A DNA stretch of 24,973 nt from a virus. Lineage: Duplodnaviria; Heunggongvirae; Uroviricota; Caudoviricetes. Below are positions 8,827-17,066 of the stretch, piece by piece; the stretch's first letter is position 1, and every line of letters starts with the position of its first letter. Under the pieces are notes generated by a model that did not search any database, was not told the origin of the DNA, and worked only from the letters and a program-made list of their open reading frames with translations. A program made the position numbers and the translations under genes. The stretch is taken from positions 1-24,973 of the IMG/VR virus record IMGVR_UViG_2724679239_000007. One strand, written 5' to 3'.

Positions 8827-8830
8827 TGAA

Positions 8831-9046
8831 TTACTCTCCCCGTGCAGCCTTACGCTTGTCTTCTCTGATTTTGAAGTACAGATTTGTCAGATAAGTCAGG
8901 AAGCCCAGAACCAGACTCCCCAGCACACCAATCGCAGCCCACTGTGACGGACTGACCTGATCAAGCCACTGTAAAAACCAGTAGCCAGCACTGCCTGCGG
9001 AGGTGCCGTAGGCAATGCCCGTTGAAATTTTGTCCATGGATTTCAT
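8831..9046 (-). CDS. Pinholin S21-type (class II holin) with dual start motif
   Basis: 71 aa [28 protein letters not shown]...; M1/M4 dual start typical of holin/antiholin; two TM segments; charged C-terminus. Confidence 0.85.
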   Translation of the reverse strand: MKSMDKISTGIAYGTSAGSAGYWFLQWLDQVSPSQWAAIGVLGSLVLGFLTYLTNLYFKIREDKRKAARGE

Positions 9047-9099
9047 AGCCTCACCTCCGCAAATAACGGATGGCGTAGTTTTACACTGAGAGATGAAAG

Positions 9100-9131
9100 G
9101 GATTTGAAAAGAAAAGCCCGCAAAAGCGGGC
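9100..9131 (-). terminator. Terminator-like hairpin between the tRNA pair and the holin gene
   Basis: GCCCGC-TTTT-GCGGGC hairpin followed on the minus strand by TTTTCTTTTC. Confidence 0.3.
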
Positions 9132-9337
9132 GAAACGGTATCTACAGTAAGGAAAGCACTCTATCCAACAAACCACCCACAGTTAATCGGAATAAAAGCA
9201 GAGTGCTTATGAATGATCGCCTGCCCGAAGATTGGTATTTCTGCACAGCAATTTTGCAAAAAAGACGCTCATTCATAACCCAAACGTCTTTCAGTCACTC
9301 CGGGCTTTCCCATCATCGCAGACTGAAAGACTCTAAC

Positions 9338-9412
<75 letters not shown>

Positions 9413-9415
9413 ATA

Positions 9416-9491
<76 letters not shown>

Positions 9492-9675
9492 GCTGGTTCC
9501 TCGGGTGTGAATGAGATGCCCGGATACATAATTTACCCTTCCCTCGGAACCGCAGAGATAATACAAATAAATAACCAGAATTCAATATTTGCTTATTCGT
9601 CTGTCGAAAAAGTCAGCAGACTGAAAGACCGGTATTCACAACCACCAGCGCGTTTAACGTCCGGTGCTGTTTTTC

Positions 9676-9706
9676 GGACATAAAAAACCCGCTTAGTGGC
9701 GGGCTG
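9676..9706 (-). terminator. tR'-like rho-independent terminator downstream of the late promoter
   Basis: On the minus strand GCCCGC-CACTAA-GCGGGT followed by TTTTTTATG; sits about 50-100 nt downstream of the predicted pR'. Confidence 0.45.
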
Positions 9707-9744
9707 TAAAAATTCTTCTAACGTCAGACATAAAACGCCCATCG

Positions 9745-9785
9745 TTAGGGCAAACTTACCACAGATTCCGGAAAAATCAACCTTG
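9745..9785 (-). promoter_or_regulatory. pR'-like late promoter immediately downstream of Q
   Basis: On the minus strand TTGATT - 16 nt - TAAGTT directly after the Q stop codon; lambda-like placement. Prediction by eye. Confidence 0.35.
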
Positions 9786-10607
9786 TTATCTGGTTACCTT
9801 TTTTAACTGCCGCTCCGCCCATGCCTCTTCAATGTCAAACCGAACCACCAGTGTGTCATAGAATTGCTTAACAGTTTTTTCCCATGACGCGCGTGTTATC
9901 TGATTTGTCACCTTACATATGGCATTAAATGCCTCCGTTGACGGCAATCTTTCATAGCCACGACCACCACAACGCTGGCAGTCTCTGATAACAGGCATAC
10001 CACGTTTTACCGACTCTTCACGATGAATGGCGACACCACGCCCACGGCAATCCTTACAGGCGGTGGAGACCTCACCCTTTCCCCCGCATTCAGGACAGGC
10101 AACTTTTACCACTTCCCGGACTTTTTTCCATTCTTCCCAGTAAGACGGATACACACCCTTTGTACACTTTGCCCATACCGGCGGTTTACCATCCGGATAC
10201 TGGACCTTGTTTGTAAAAACTACGCTTTCAATAAATTTTTTCCCACCGCAACAAGGGCACTGTTTTTTACTCGCTGCACTGCGGGCATAATCCTCAAAAG
10301 CGTACGAAGCCATAATGCGCATCACTGCCGGTTTTATTTCTGCCGGAAGTTTTCTTAACGCCGCCACGCCATCACACCGACTGAGAGCATATTCTGTCAG
10401 TAGTTCTGTTGCCCGCTCCCGGTCATTCATACTGATGCCCATTTTCCCCAGGAACGCAGAAAATCCCATCTCAGCACGGTCTTGTGTCATACCCTGCGCA
10501 GCCATCACATCAGTGATACTCAGCGTATCTTTTGACGTCGAGACGGATGCATCAGTCAGACCTGGCGATTTTGGGGAGTAGTATTTCGGTAAATCTTCCA
10601 GCTTCAT
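9786..10607 (-). CDS. Late gene antiterminator Q-like protein (zinc-ribbon type)
   Basis: 273 aa with several CxxC pairs (CPCCGG, CPECGG, CKDCRG, CQRCGG); immediately upstream of pR'/tR'; start overlaps the rusA stop. Confidence 0.7.
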   Translation of the reverse strand: MKLEDLPKYYSPKSPGLTDASVSTSKDTLSITDVMAAQGMTQDRAEMGFSAFLGKMGISMNDRERATELLTEYALSRCDGVAALRKLPAEIKPAVMRIMASYAFEDYARSAASKKQCPCCGGKKFIESVVFTNKVQYPDGKPPVWAKCTKGVYPSYWEEWKKVREVVKVACPECGGKGEVSTACKDCRGRGVAIHREESVKRGMPVIRDCQRCGGRGYERLPSTEAFNAICKVTNQITRASWEKTVKQFYDTLVVRFDIEEAWAERQLKKVTR

Positions 10608-10984
10608 TTATTGACCTGCCCGTCATGCATTATTTCGTAAATCTTCACGCCCAGTCGCCCACCAGGAACGAGCTGACCGCGCACAATATTGATTTCATCA
10701 AACTGCTCGTCGTCTATAAGTAGTCCGGCATGCGTCAGCGCATCCAGTGGTGCCTTCAGGATATTGTCCAGGTCGCGGCGGCGCTTATCCGGTGGCTCTG
10801 CAATAATCTTTATCGCCAGCCTTCCGGACAGGTTTAATTTCAGCCGCTGCTGGCGAACAATTAGCGCCACATCACGGCGATAACGCTTTCCGGCTTCCGA
10901 GATGAAATACGTATTGCCATGACGTCGCCAGTAGGTATTCACCGTCGGCGGGTAAGGCAAAACAAATTCTATGCGTTCAGCCAT
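10604..10984 (-). CDS. rusA: RusA Holliday junction resolvase
   Basis: 126 aa; RusA signature PDKRRRDLDNILKAPLDAL and overall similarity to lambdoid RusA. Confidence 0.85.
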   Translation of the reverse strand: MAERIEFVLPYPPTVNTYWRRHGNTYFISEAGKRYRRDVALIVRQQRLKLNLSGRLAIKIIAEPPDKRRRDLDNILKAPLDALTHAGLLIDDEQFDEINIVRGQLVPGGRLGVKIYEIMHDGQVNK

Positions 10985-12040
10985 TCATGCTTTCCACTTC
11001 AGGACACCCGAATTTCTCGCGTGCATTAAAAAACGAATCAGCAACAACAGCTGGCTGCCGTGTTTTTCTTCAAAATCTTTTACCCCGGCGTGCAGTTCGT
11101 TATGACATTTACGGCACAGCGGAATAACAAACAAATCATCAGCCTTTGTTTCCATCCCTCCCAGTCCATGACCAATGATGTGATGCGGATCATCTGCCTG
11201 ATTACCGCACGTCATGCATTTCTGCGTTTTTACCCAGCGCGTGTATACAGGCATCTCTTCCCGTTGTGGTTTCTGGCGCTGGAGATACTGAGCCGGTGAC
11301 TCCGGATCAACGGCAATGCTGACCACCGTCTTTTCCTGTGGCGGGTTTTGCTGGTGGGCGTGAGGCAGCGGCGCAAGATTTTTTGTGCGCTGCTTCAGTA
11401 TGCTGGTGGCGGTCTGCTCTCCCGGTACGATGTCGCTTTCACGGTACATTGAGCGGATTTTTTCCGCACGCAACCCCAGCGAACGACGTAATACCGCTTC
11501 CGGTAGCGCGTCCGCCACCTGATTGCGGACCGCCCACCAGGATAATTCAGCCAAAGATAATTCACGCTCCTGCGTACCGCTTATTGCGTGACCGATGACG
11601 TCAATCATCCATGCTGACAGGTTTTGATGAGCAAGTTGCTCGAGTGATTCGGATGTCTGGTCACGCAGCTGGTTGTCGCAGTGCCAGCACAACACCATTG
11701 CGCCGGTACCATAACGGTGAATAACGGTTTCGCTGTGATGATAATCGCCGTGTGGCCACTGGCAGGATTTAATATGGCGCAACAGCCAGTCAGACAATGC
11801 ACCAGCACCACCAGCAGCACGAATTACCCGTGCGTTACTGAAAAACGGCAGCAATGTTTTGTCTTCCACCAGCGGCTGGCGAACGGCAGGAACGACCCCG
11901 GACGGCAGATTACGCATGCTTTTCGGTTCCGGCTCCACCAGTACCCGGGTATTGTGGAATACCGGCATGGATTCACGGCCCGGCTTAACGACCACCAGCC
12001 CGAGTTCCGGTACCAGAACAGGTCGAAGTAATACCCGCAC
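10985..12040 (-). CDS. DUF968-family protein (YdfU-like) with C-terminal HNH-like Cys/His cluster
   Basis: 351 aa; C-terminus CMTCGNQADDPHHIIGHGLGG...CRKCHNELH; typical nin-region neighbour of rusA. Confidence 0.55.
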   Translation of the reverse strand: MRVLLRPVLVPELGLVVVKPGRESMPVFHNTRVLVEPEPKSMRNLPSGVVPAVRQPLVEDKTLLPFFSNARVIRAAGGAGALSDWLLRHIKSCQWPHGDYHHSETVIHRYGTGAMVLCWHCDNQLRDQTSESLEQLAHQNLSAWMIDVIGHAISGTQERELSLAELSWWAVRNQVADALPEAVLRRSLGLRAEKIRSMYRESDIVPGEQTATSILKQRTKNLAPLPHAHQQNPPQEKTVVSIAVDPESPAQYLQRQKPQREEMPVYTRWVKTQKCMTCGNQADDPHHIIGHGLGGMETKADDLFVIPLCRKCHNELHAGVKDFEEKHGSQLLLLIRFLMHARNSGVLKWKA

Positions 12041-12041
12041 G

Positions 12042-12320
12042 TTACCTCCAGATGCGTTGCTGGAATGTACGGGACGGACGCGATGGGCGTTCGGAGTAAG
12101 GCAATCTGACTGAGATTATCCAGTGACGGTAGTCGAGACTAAGAGCTTTCTTAACCTCGTATCCGCGCCTGCGGTAACACTGAATTATCCATTCAGCCTG
12201 CTCTTCAGTGCATGGAGGGTGCTGGAACCATTCAGACTTGAATGCGTGAGAATACCGCTCGTGCGTGCAGGCAAGAACGGGCGAATTATCAGAATTGTAA
12301 TATTTTACGTTGCGTGCCAT
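12042..12320 (-). CDS. Hypothetical phage protein (Cys/His-containing, 92 aa)
   Basis: Compact ORF in the operon with the DUF968 gene; no family recognised. Confidence 0.35.
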   Translation of the reverse strand: MARNVKYYNSDNSPVLACTHERYSHAFKSEWFQHPPCTEEQAEWIIQCYRRRGYEVKKALSLDYRHWIISVRLPYSERPSRPSRTFQQRIWR

Positions 12321-12386
12321 CGGTTTTCTCCGGTGGCACGGTGTTACTCAGCGGGAGTTCAGCCCCGCGCAAGATTATAGATGAGT

Positions 12387-12638
12387 TTATTCTTCTGCAA
12401 AAGCTGAAAAGCCTGCTTTTATTCCGATCTCTTTCAGTGCCTGTAATGAAGTGACAAACTCACCTTCGCGCAAGATAAATCCGTCTGTCACTCGACCATC
12501 CACAAAATTAATTAACGCAGCCCCATTCTTTCGCAAACACATAATGCGGTAATGACTAACAAGATTTCCATTTTCAACGCACACAGCATAGAGGCCATCT
12601 TCACAAAAAATTTTACGCAGTTCTTCGATGTTCATCAT
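12387..12638 (-). CDS. Hypothetical phage protein (83 aa; possibly Rem-like by position)
   Basis: ORF between hokD and the DUF968 operon, the position Rem occupies in Qin; sequence identity not verified. Confidence 0.35.
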   Translation of the reverse strand: MMNIEELRKIFCEDGLYAVCVENGNLVSHYRIMCLRKNGAALINFVDGRVTDGFILREGEFVTSLQALKEIGIKAGFSAFAEE

Positions 12639-12747
12639 CAGAATCCTTCCGGATAATTAGCTCTCCCCTTTAAGGGACCATCCCTCTTATCCCTGCGCGC
12701 TACTTAAGTATTTTTGATTCTATTCCGGCACCGTCCAGATCTTCAAA

Positions 12748-12786
12748 CGCGTTGAAAATAAAAACAAAAACCCGCCGAAGCGGGTT
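12748..12786 (-). terminator. Rho-independent terminator downstream of hokD
   Basis: On the minus strand AACCCGC-TTCG-GCGGGTT followed by TTTGTTTTTATTTTC. Confidence 0.45.
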
Positions 12787-12854
12787 AAGTGCGGGTGCGT
12801 TGAGGATGCCTGCCACATCAGAGGTGGCGAGGGATTTCTCCCTCGCCGGGTCTC

Positions 12855-13010
12855 TTACTCCTCAGGTTCGTAAGCTGTGAAGACAGCGACCTCCGTCTGG
12901 CCGGTTCGGATTCGTACCTCGCAGAGGTCTTTCCTCGTTACCAGTGCCGTAACAATGACGGTTAAACAGATGACGATCAGGGCGATTAACATCGCCTTTT
13001 GCTGCTTCAT
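12855..13010 (-). CDS. hokD: Hok-family type I toxin (HokD/RelF-like)
   Basis: 51 aa from MKQQKAMLIALIVICLTVIVTALVTRKDLCEVRIRTGQTEVAVFTAYE: single TM plus the conserved Hok C-terminal motif. Confidence 0.85.
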   Translation of the reverse strand: MKQQKAMLIALIVICLTVIVTALVTRKDLCEVRIRTGQTEVAVFTAYEPEE

Positions 13011-13045
13011 AGCCTGCTTCTCCTGTGTAAGTTCACAGAGATATT

Positions 13046-14110
13046 GCAATTGCCTCAGGATAAGTAAGGGGAAATTGCACTATGCAAATGCAGCATCTGA
13101 TGGTTGGCTATCCTAAGTACTACCAAACGGCCGATTATGCGTTGAGGCTTTCAGTGATGGCTGATACAGCAACAATGAGAATGAAGGCTCTGCACTTCTG
13201 GGATAAACACGGTATTTCTGCGGCTTCTGAAGCCTTTGGCGTGTCCTGCCGCACGCTTTACTGGTGGCGTCAGTTACTGAACAAGGAAGGACCTGAGGGG
13301 CTAATCCCGCACAGTAAGGCACCTCTGGTGCGACGAAAAAAACACTGGCATCCCGATGTGCTGAAAGAGATTCGACGCCTCAGGACAGAGCTGCCGAACC
13401 TCGGTAAAGAGCAGATTTTTGTTCGCCTGAAGCCCTGGTGCGAACAGCGCTATCTGGCCTGTCCGAGTGTTTCCACCATCGGCAGAATGATCGCTGCCGC
13501 ACATGATAAAATGCGGATGATACCTGTGCGTCTGGGATCGCGGGGGAAGGCACTGCTTGTCAAAAAGCGGTCTGCCAAACCCCGCAGGCCAAAGCACTAT
13601 CGCCCGGTAAAGACAGGTGAGCTCATTGGGATGGACGCCATTGAGCTCAGAATGGGCGAACTGCGTCGCTATGTCATCACCATGATCGACGAATGCAGCA
13701 ATTACGCGCTGGCGCTGGCTGTGCCGTCACTCAACAGTGATATCGTCAATCACTTCTTCAGCCGCGCAGCCCGGTTGTTCCCGGTCGGTATCAGCCAGAT
13801 AATCACAGATAACGGAAAAGAGTTCCTGGGAAACTTCGACAAAACGCTGCAGGAAGCCGCTATCAAACACCTCTGGACCTATCCCTACACGCCAAAAATG
13901 AACGCTATCTGTGAACGTTTTAACCGGACGTTAAGAGAGCAGTTTATTGAATTTAATGAGATTTTACTCTTTGAAGATCTGGCGCTATTTAATCAGAAGC
14001 TGGCGGAATATCTGGTGCTGTATAACAGCAAAAGGCCCCATAAGGCGCTCGCGCTAATGACACCCGTGGAATATATTTTAAGAGAGAACAAAAATTGCAA
14101 TATGTGGTGG
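13046..14110 (+). mobile_element. Putative insertion sequence carrying a single-ORF DDE (rve) transposase, IS481-like; boundaries approximate
   Basis: Transposase gene plus short inverted ATATTGCAATT motifs at about 13051 and 14098; boundaries and target duplication not resolved by eye. Confidence 0.35.
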
Positions 14111-14278
14111 ACCCATACATCTCCTTGCCTTTCGGCACGTAAGAGGCTAATCTTCAGTTGTCGAGACATAAGACTGGCCTCACTTCGATTTATAGTCGGG
14201 TGGGGCTTTTCTCTATCTGCCTTTTGGTGTTCATGCCTGAGACAGATAGCCTCAAGCACCCGCAGCAATTCTACTTAA
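13082..14278 (+). CDS. DDE-type transposase (N-terminal HTH plus rve integrase core), IS481-family-like
   Basis: HTH region HFWDKHGISAASEAFGVSCRTLYWWRQ; catalytic D (GMDAIE), D (TDNGKEF) and E (ICERFNRTL) with about 58 and 35 aa spacing; the C-terminal tail beyond about residue 340 looks like read-through into flanking DNA. Confidence 0.7.
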   Translation: MQMQHLMVGYPKYYQTADYALRLSVMADTATMRMKALHFWDKHGISAASEAFGVSCRTLYWWRQLLNKEGPEGLIPHSKAPLVRRKKHWHPDVLKEIRRLRTELPNLGKEQIFVRLKPWCEQRYLACPSVSTIGRMIAAAHDKMRMIPVRLGSRGKALLVKKRSAKPRRPKHYRPVKTGELIGMDAIELRMGELRRYVITMIDECSNYALALAVPSLNSDIVNHFFSRAARLFPVGISQIITDNGKEFLGNFDKTLQEAAIKHLWTYPYTPKMNAICERFNRTLREQFIEFNEILLFEDLALFNQKLAEYLVLYNSKRPHKALALMTPVEYILRENKNCNMWWTHTSPCLSARKRLIFSCRDIRLASLRFIVGWGFSLSAFWCSCLRQIASSTRSNST

Positions 14279-14302
14279 CTATCCTTTTCCCGCAAATCGT
14301 TT

Positions 14303-14386
14303 TTATCCCCAGCGACAAATCGAATACACCACCAGCGCCACCGCCATTGCAATTCCCATCGTTGCGAATGCTTCAGGCCAGGTCAT
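14303..14386 (-). CDS. Candidate 27-aa hydrophobic peptide translationally coupled to the upstream 187-aa ORF
   Basis: MTWPEAFATMGIAMAVALVVYSICRWG; ATG overlaps the TGA of the 187-aa gene (ATGA) and has GGAGGA about 10 nt upstream; below the ORF-track size cutoff; coordinates may be off by 1. Confidence 0.3.
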   Translation of the reverse strand: MTWPEAFATMGIAMAVALVVYSICRWG

Positions 14387-14946
14387 CGCAAAACATCCTC
14401 CGCACTTATCAGTTCGTTCCGCTTCAGGTAGTCCATCGCCTTCTCCGGTAATTTGCGGTCTGGATTAGCTTTTTTCAGTTGACTGACCAGTCGTTTAACC
14501 CACATTGTTAATTCGCTAACCCGACTACTGGATGCTAGTAGGTTGTCGGCTTTACCCAGAATGACAGCACAGCAAGCCTCTTTGAGTACCCAGTCAACAG
14601 CGTCTTTCCATGCTCCGGTTTCGACTGGCGGATTTTCACGCTTAACCTGTTCATAGAAACGCACTGCTTTAATCAATCCTTCTGGTGTCAGTGGCACAGG
14701 TGTAGCGGTGAATAGAGGTTTAGGTGTTATCTCTGCACGTTTTGCGTATGCTTCAACTGTGTCAGGATTAAACAGGATTATGTTTTCGCCGTATTCCCAC
14801 GCTATCGGCTCTGCTTCCAGCGATGCCAGAGCAATTTTGAATAACTCACCCTCTACTCGTGCCACCCCTGAATTGGGGTGGCATTTCGCAATCGCTATTT
14901 TTAATTTAGCTTCTTCGATTAATTGCTCTTTTGTTAATTCAGTCAT
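14383..14946 (-). CDS. Hypothetical protein (187 aa), unassigned nin-region cargo
   Basis: ATG start; clean ORF with an AT-rich upstream spacer (about 14950-15100) that could hold its own promoter; no family recognised. Confidence 0.45.
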   Translation of the reverse strand: MTELTKEQLIEEAKLKIAIAKCHPNSGVARVEGELFKIALASLEAEPIAWEYGENIILFNPDTVEAYAKRAEITPKPLFTATPVPLTPEGLIKAVRFYEQVKRENPPVETGAWKDAVDWVLKEACCAVILGKADNLLASSSRVSELTMWVKRLVSQLKKANPDRKLPEKAMDYLKRNELISAEDVLR

Positions 14947-15104
14947 TTTTCATTACCGCCCTTTCGGGCGGCCTCCTGATGTTTTGAGGGTGCAGGAATC
15001 CCTCCTGTTAAGGATTAAATTTTATTTACAGTGCTGAGATTAATTATTCAGATTTGAATTATGTTTTCTCTTTCACTTCACGCAGTCCTGATTGTTAATT
15101 TGGC

Positions 15105-15521
15105 TCACAGTACCACCTCCTGCAAACTTCCCTTCCAGAAAGCCAGCACGCGCTGCATAGTTTCGCTCTGACGGCACTCTCGGCAAATTATGTTCTGTCT
15201 CCTGTTGTAACGGCGTATTTCACCATCTGGCAATGAATAAATCAGGTCAGGGTCGCTCTTCTTTTTCACTGCCGCTCTCGACATTTTTTTGCAGGCTTTT
15301 ATCCAGTCCTTACGAGCCTGCTCCGAAGGAAATATTCCATGTCCTGAACCATATACTGCGCCACTAACTACCAGCTCTTTCGCCAGAACTTCTATCAGGT
15401 GCCTCGTTGCTCCGGTTTCATCCTCCAGTTGCTTACGTGTTTTCCTCCCATCTCTGCGCACCAGTTCCACAATACGCGCCTTCAGTTGCTCCCGATATTC
15501 AGGTGTAAAAACGTTTCTCAT
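15105..15521 (-). CDS. Hypothetical phage protein (about 138 aa from MRNVFTPEY)
   Basis: ORF immediately downstream of the DUF1627-like gene; basic C-terminal region; no family recognised. Confidence 0.4.
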   Translation of the reverse strand: MRNVFTPEYREQLKARIVELVRRDGRKTRKQLEDETGATRHLIEVLAKELVVSGAVYGSGHGIFPSEQARKDWIKACKKMSRAAVKKKSDPDLIYSLPDGEIRRYNRRQNIICRECRQSETMQRVLAFWKGSLQEVVL

Positions 15522-15528
15522 AAGTGCC

Positions 15529-16290
15529 TCACCTTTCCGACACAACGCGACTGGAGGAATCGACAATCTGTCGGACAATATCCCGGTGTTTATTCAGCTC
15601 CCGCAGCGCGGCGCAGACGCGCTCCCACTTCTGGACATGATTTTTCGCCCGGCGCAGTTCGCAGTTTGCCAAATGCAGCGATGGTAAAATCAGGTCATCC
15701 GCCCGCGTTTCGGTGAACGATGGCAACGACTGCACAATGTCCGCCACAGTTTCTGTTTTAATTTCTTCCTGTGTTACAGTTTCCTGTGCTGGTAACGCAA
15801 CACCTGCTGGCTGAGGAAAGGCTTTACCATCAGTTTCCGTTACCAATGCGGCTTTCGGCTCTGCTGGTAAATTATCGTCCGGCATGCAGTAACGAAATTT
15901 ACCGTTCTGATTTACGCGAATCAGGCGACCTTTGCTGATTGCCTGAGCCAGCGTTGAAGCCACTTTGCGTGATGTGATACCGAACAGCGTAGCCAGCTCA
16001 TCCGCCGTTTGTGGTCCGCGTTGTTCAATCGTCGCGGTTAAATCGCACTCTGAGATTTTCGCTACTGTTGCTGTGGTGGTTTCTTCCGGCAGTTCTGCCT
16101 GCGCTGGCTGTTCCTGCTGAACGTTGTTATCAGCCACACGCCAGGTGTACGCGCTTTTATCAACAAAACCAGCCTTTTTCAGTTCCCATAGTTCGTTAAG
16201 CACTTCTTCACGACTGACATCAAGTCGCGCAGCAAGTTCTATGGATGTGGCTTTTCCCATTGCTTTCAGTGCGTCAAAAACAGTCTCCAT
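15529..16290 (-). CDS. DUF1627-like prophage protein with winged-helix-like segments
   Basis: 253 aa; N-terminal [43 protein letters not shown] and a second similar segment ([28 protein letters not shown]); typical position after the helicase loader gene. Confidence 0.45.
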   Translation of the reverse strand: METVFDALKAMGKATSIELAARLDVSREEVLNELWELKKAGFVDKSAYTWRVADNNVQQEQPAQAELPEETTTATVAKISECDLTATIEQRGPQTADELATLFGITSRKVASTLAQAISKGRLIRVNQNGKFRYCMPDDNLPAEPKAALVTETDGKAFPQPAGVALPAQETVTQEEIKTETVADIVQSLPSFTETRADDLILPSLHLANCELRRAKNHVQKWERVCAALRELNKHRDIVRQIVDSSSRVVSER

Positions 16291-16313
16291 TAAATTTTTT
16301 CTCCCGGTAAAAA

Positions 16314-17060
16314 TTACTTCGTGATTCCTGGCTGGACGACATTCTGGCGCCAGCTTTCCCAGTTAAAAGTCACCCAGCGCCCGCCGTTCATGGTCATGCG
16401 ATCCATAATCCTCTCGCCGAGCAACGTTTTCATGGCCTCATAGTTCAGGTTTGTCAGCATCCCCATACTGCGCATCGATGCTGTCCGGCGATCAACAATC
16501 TGATGCAGCACCACCTGCTCGTTTTTCGTCTCACGCTGAATGCCAATTTCATCAAGAACCAGCAGATCCACTTCGCACAGTTCCCGCAAAAATTTTTCGC
16601 CTGACTGCCCGTCGTCATAGCTGGCGTGCAGGGCACTCATAACATCAGCCACAGTAACCACTATCACTGTCTGGCCGTCTTTCAGCAGGCGATTCCCGAT
16701 AGCCGCCGCCAGATGGTTTTTTCCGGTACCAGGTTTTCCACTGAACGCGAAATTTGTACACCCGGTCATCAGTTCATCGGCGATGGATTTTGCCTGGCTT
16801 AACGCGTATCGCTGACCGTCGTTCTGCACCTGGTAATTCGCAAACGAACATTTGCGGTGCAACGGCTGGATGCCTGAGCGATTCAGAATTTTTTCCACCC
16901 GCAACTGACGATTCAGGCGGTTGATCTCCTCGCTACGTTTCTGGCCTTCGGCAAGCTGCCACTCGCGCCACTCCGCCACCGTTCTGTATGGAGCGGTTAC
17001 ATGTGGCGGGGTCAGTCTGCGGAGGCGTTCCAGAACACCACCTGTCGCAATATTTTTCAC
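16314..17060 (-). CDS. DnaC-like helicase loader / IstB-like AAA+ ATPase (replication protein)
   Basis: 248 aa; Walker [16 protein letters not shown] and Walker B LLVLDEIG; downstream of the O-like initiator. Confidence 0.8.
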   Translation of the reverse strand: MKNIATGGVLERLRRLTPPHVTAPYRTVAEWREWQLAEGQKRSEEINRLNRQLRVEKILNRSGIQPLHRKCSFANYQVQNDGQRYALSQAKSIADELMTGCTNFAFSGKPGTGKNHLAAAIGNRLLKDGQTVIVVTVADVMSALHASYDDGQSGEKFLRELCEVDLLVLDEIGIQRETKNEQVVLHQIVDRRTASMRSMGMLTNLNYEAMKTLLGERIMDRMTMNGGRWVTFNWESWRQNVVQPGITK

Positions 17061-17066
17061 AGTTCG

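Noticed and set aside
12640-13080. Looked for relB/relE upstream of hokD and for a mok/sok control region
   Set aside because: No RelE- or RelB-like frame is present; the upstream position is occupied by the transposase gene. No convincing sok promoter was identified by eye, so none is annotated.
13993-14451. ORFs 13993..14268 (minus) and 14158..14451 (plus) near the right end of the second IS
   Set aside because: They overlap the transposase read-through frame and the 187-aa gene with its coupled peptide; no RBS or domain signal; likely spurious.
14100-14900. Apparent 1-nt inconsistencies between my hand-counted positions and the ORF-track coordinates in this interval
   Set aside because: Treated as my own counting error rather than a real frameshift; ORF-track coordinates were used for CDS calls, and hand-derived coordinates for small features here may be off by 1.
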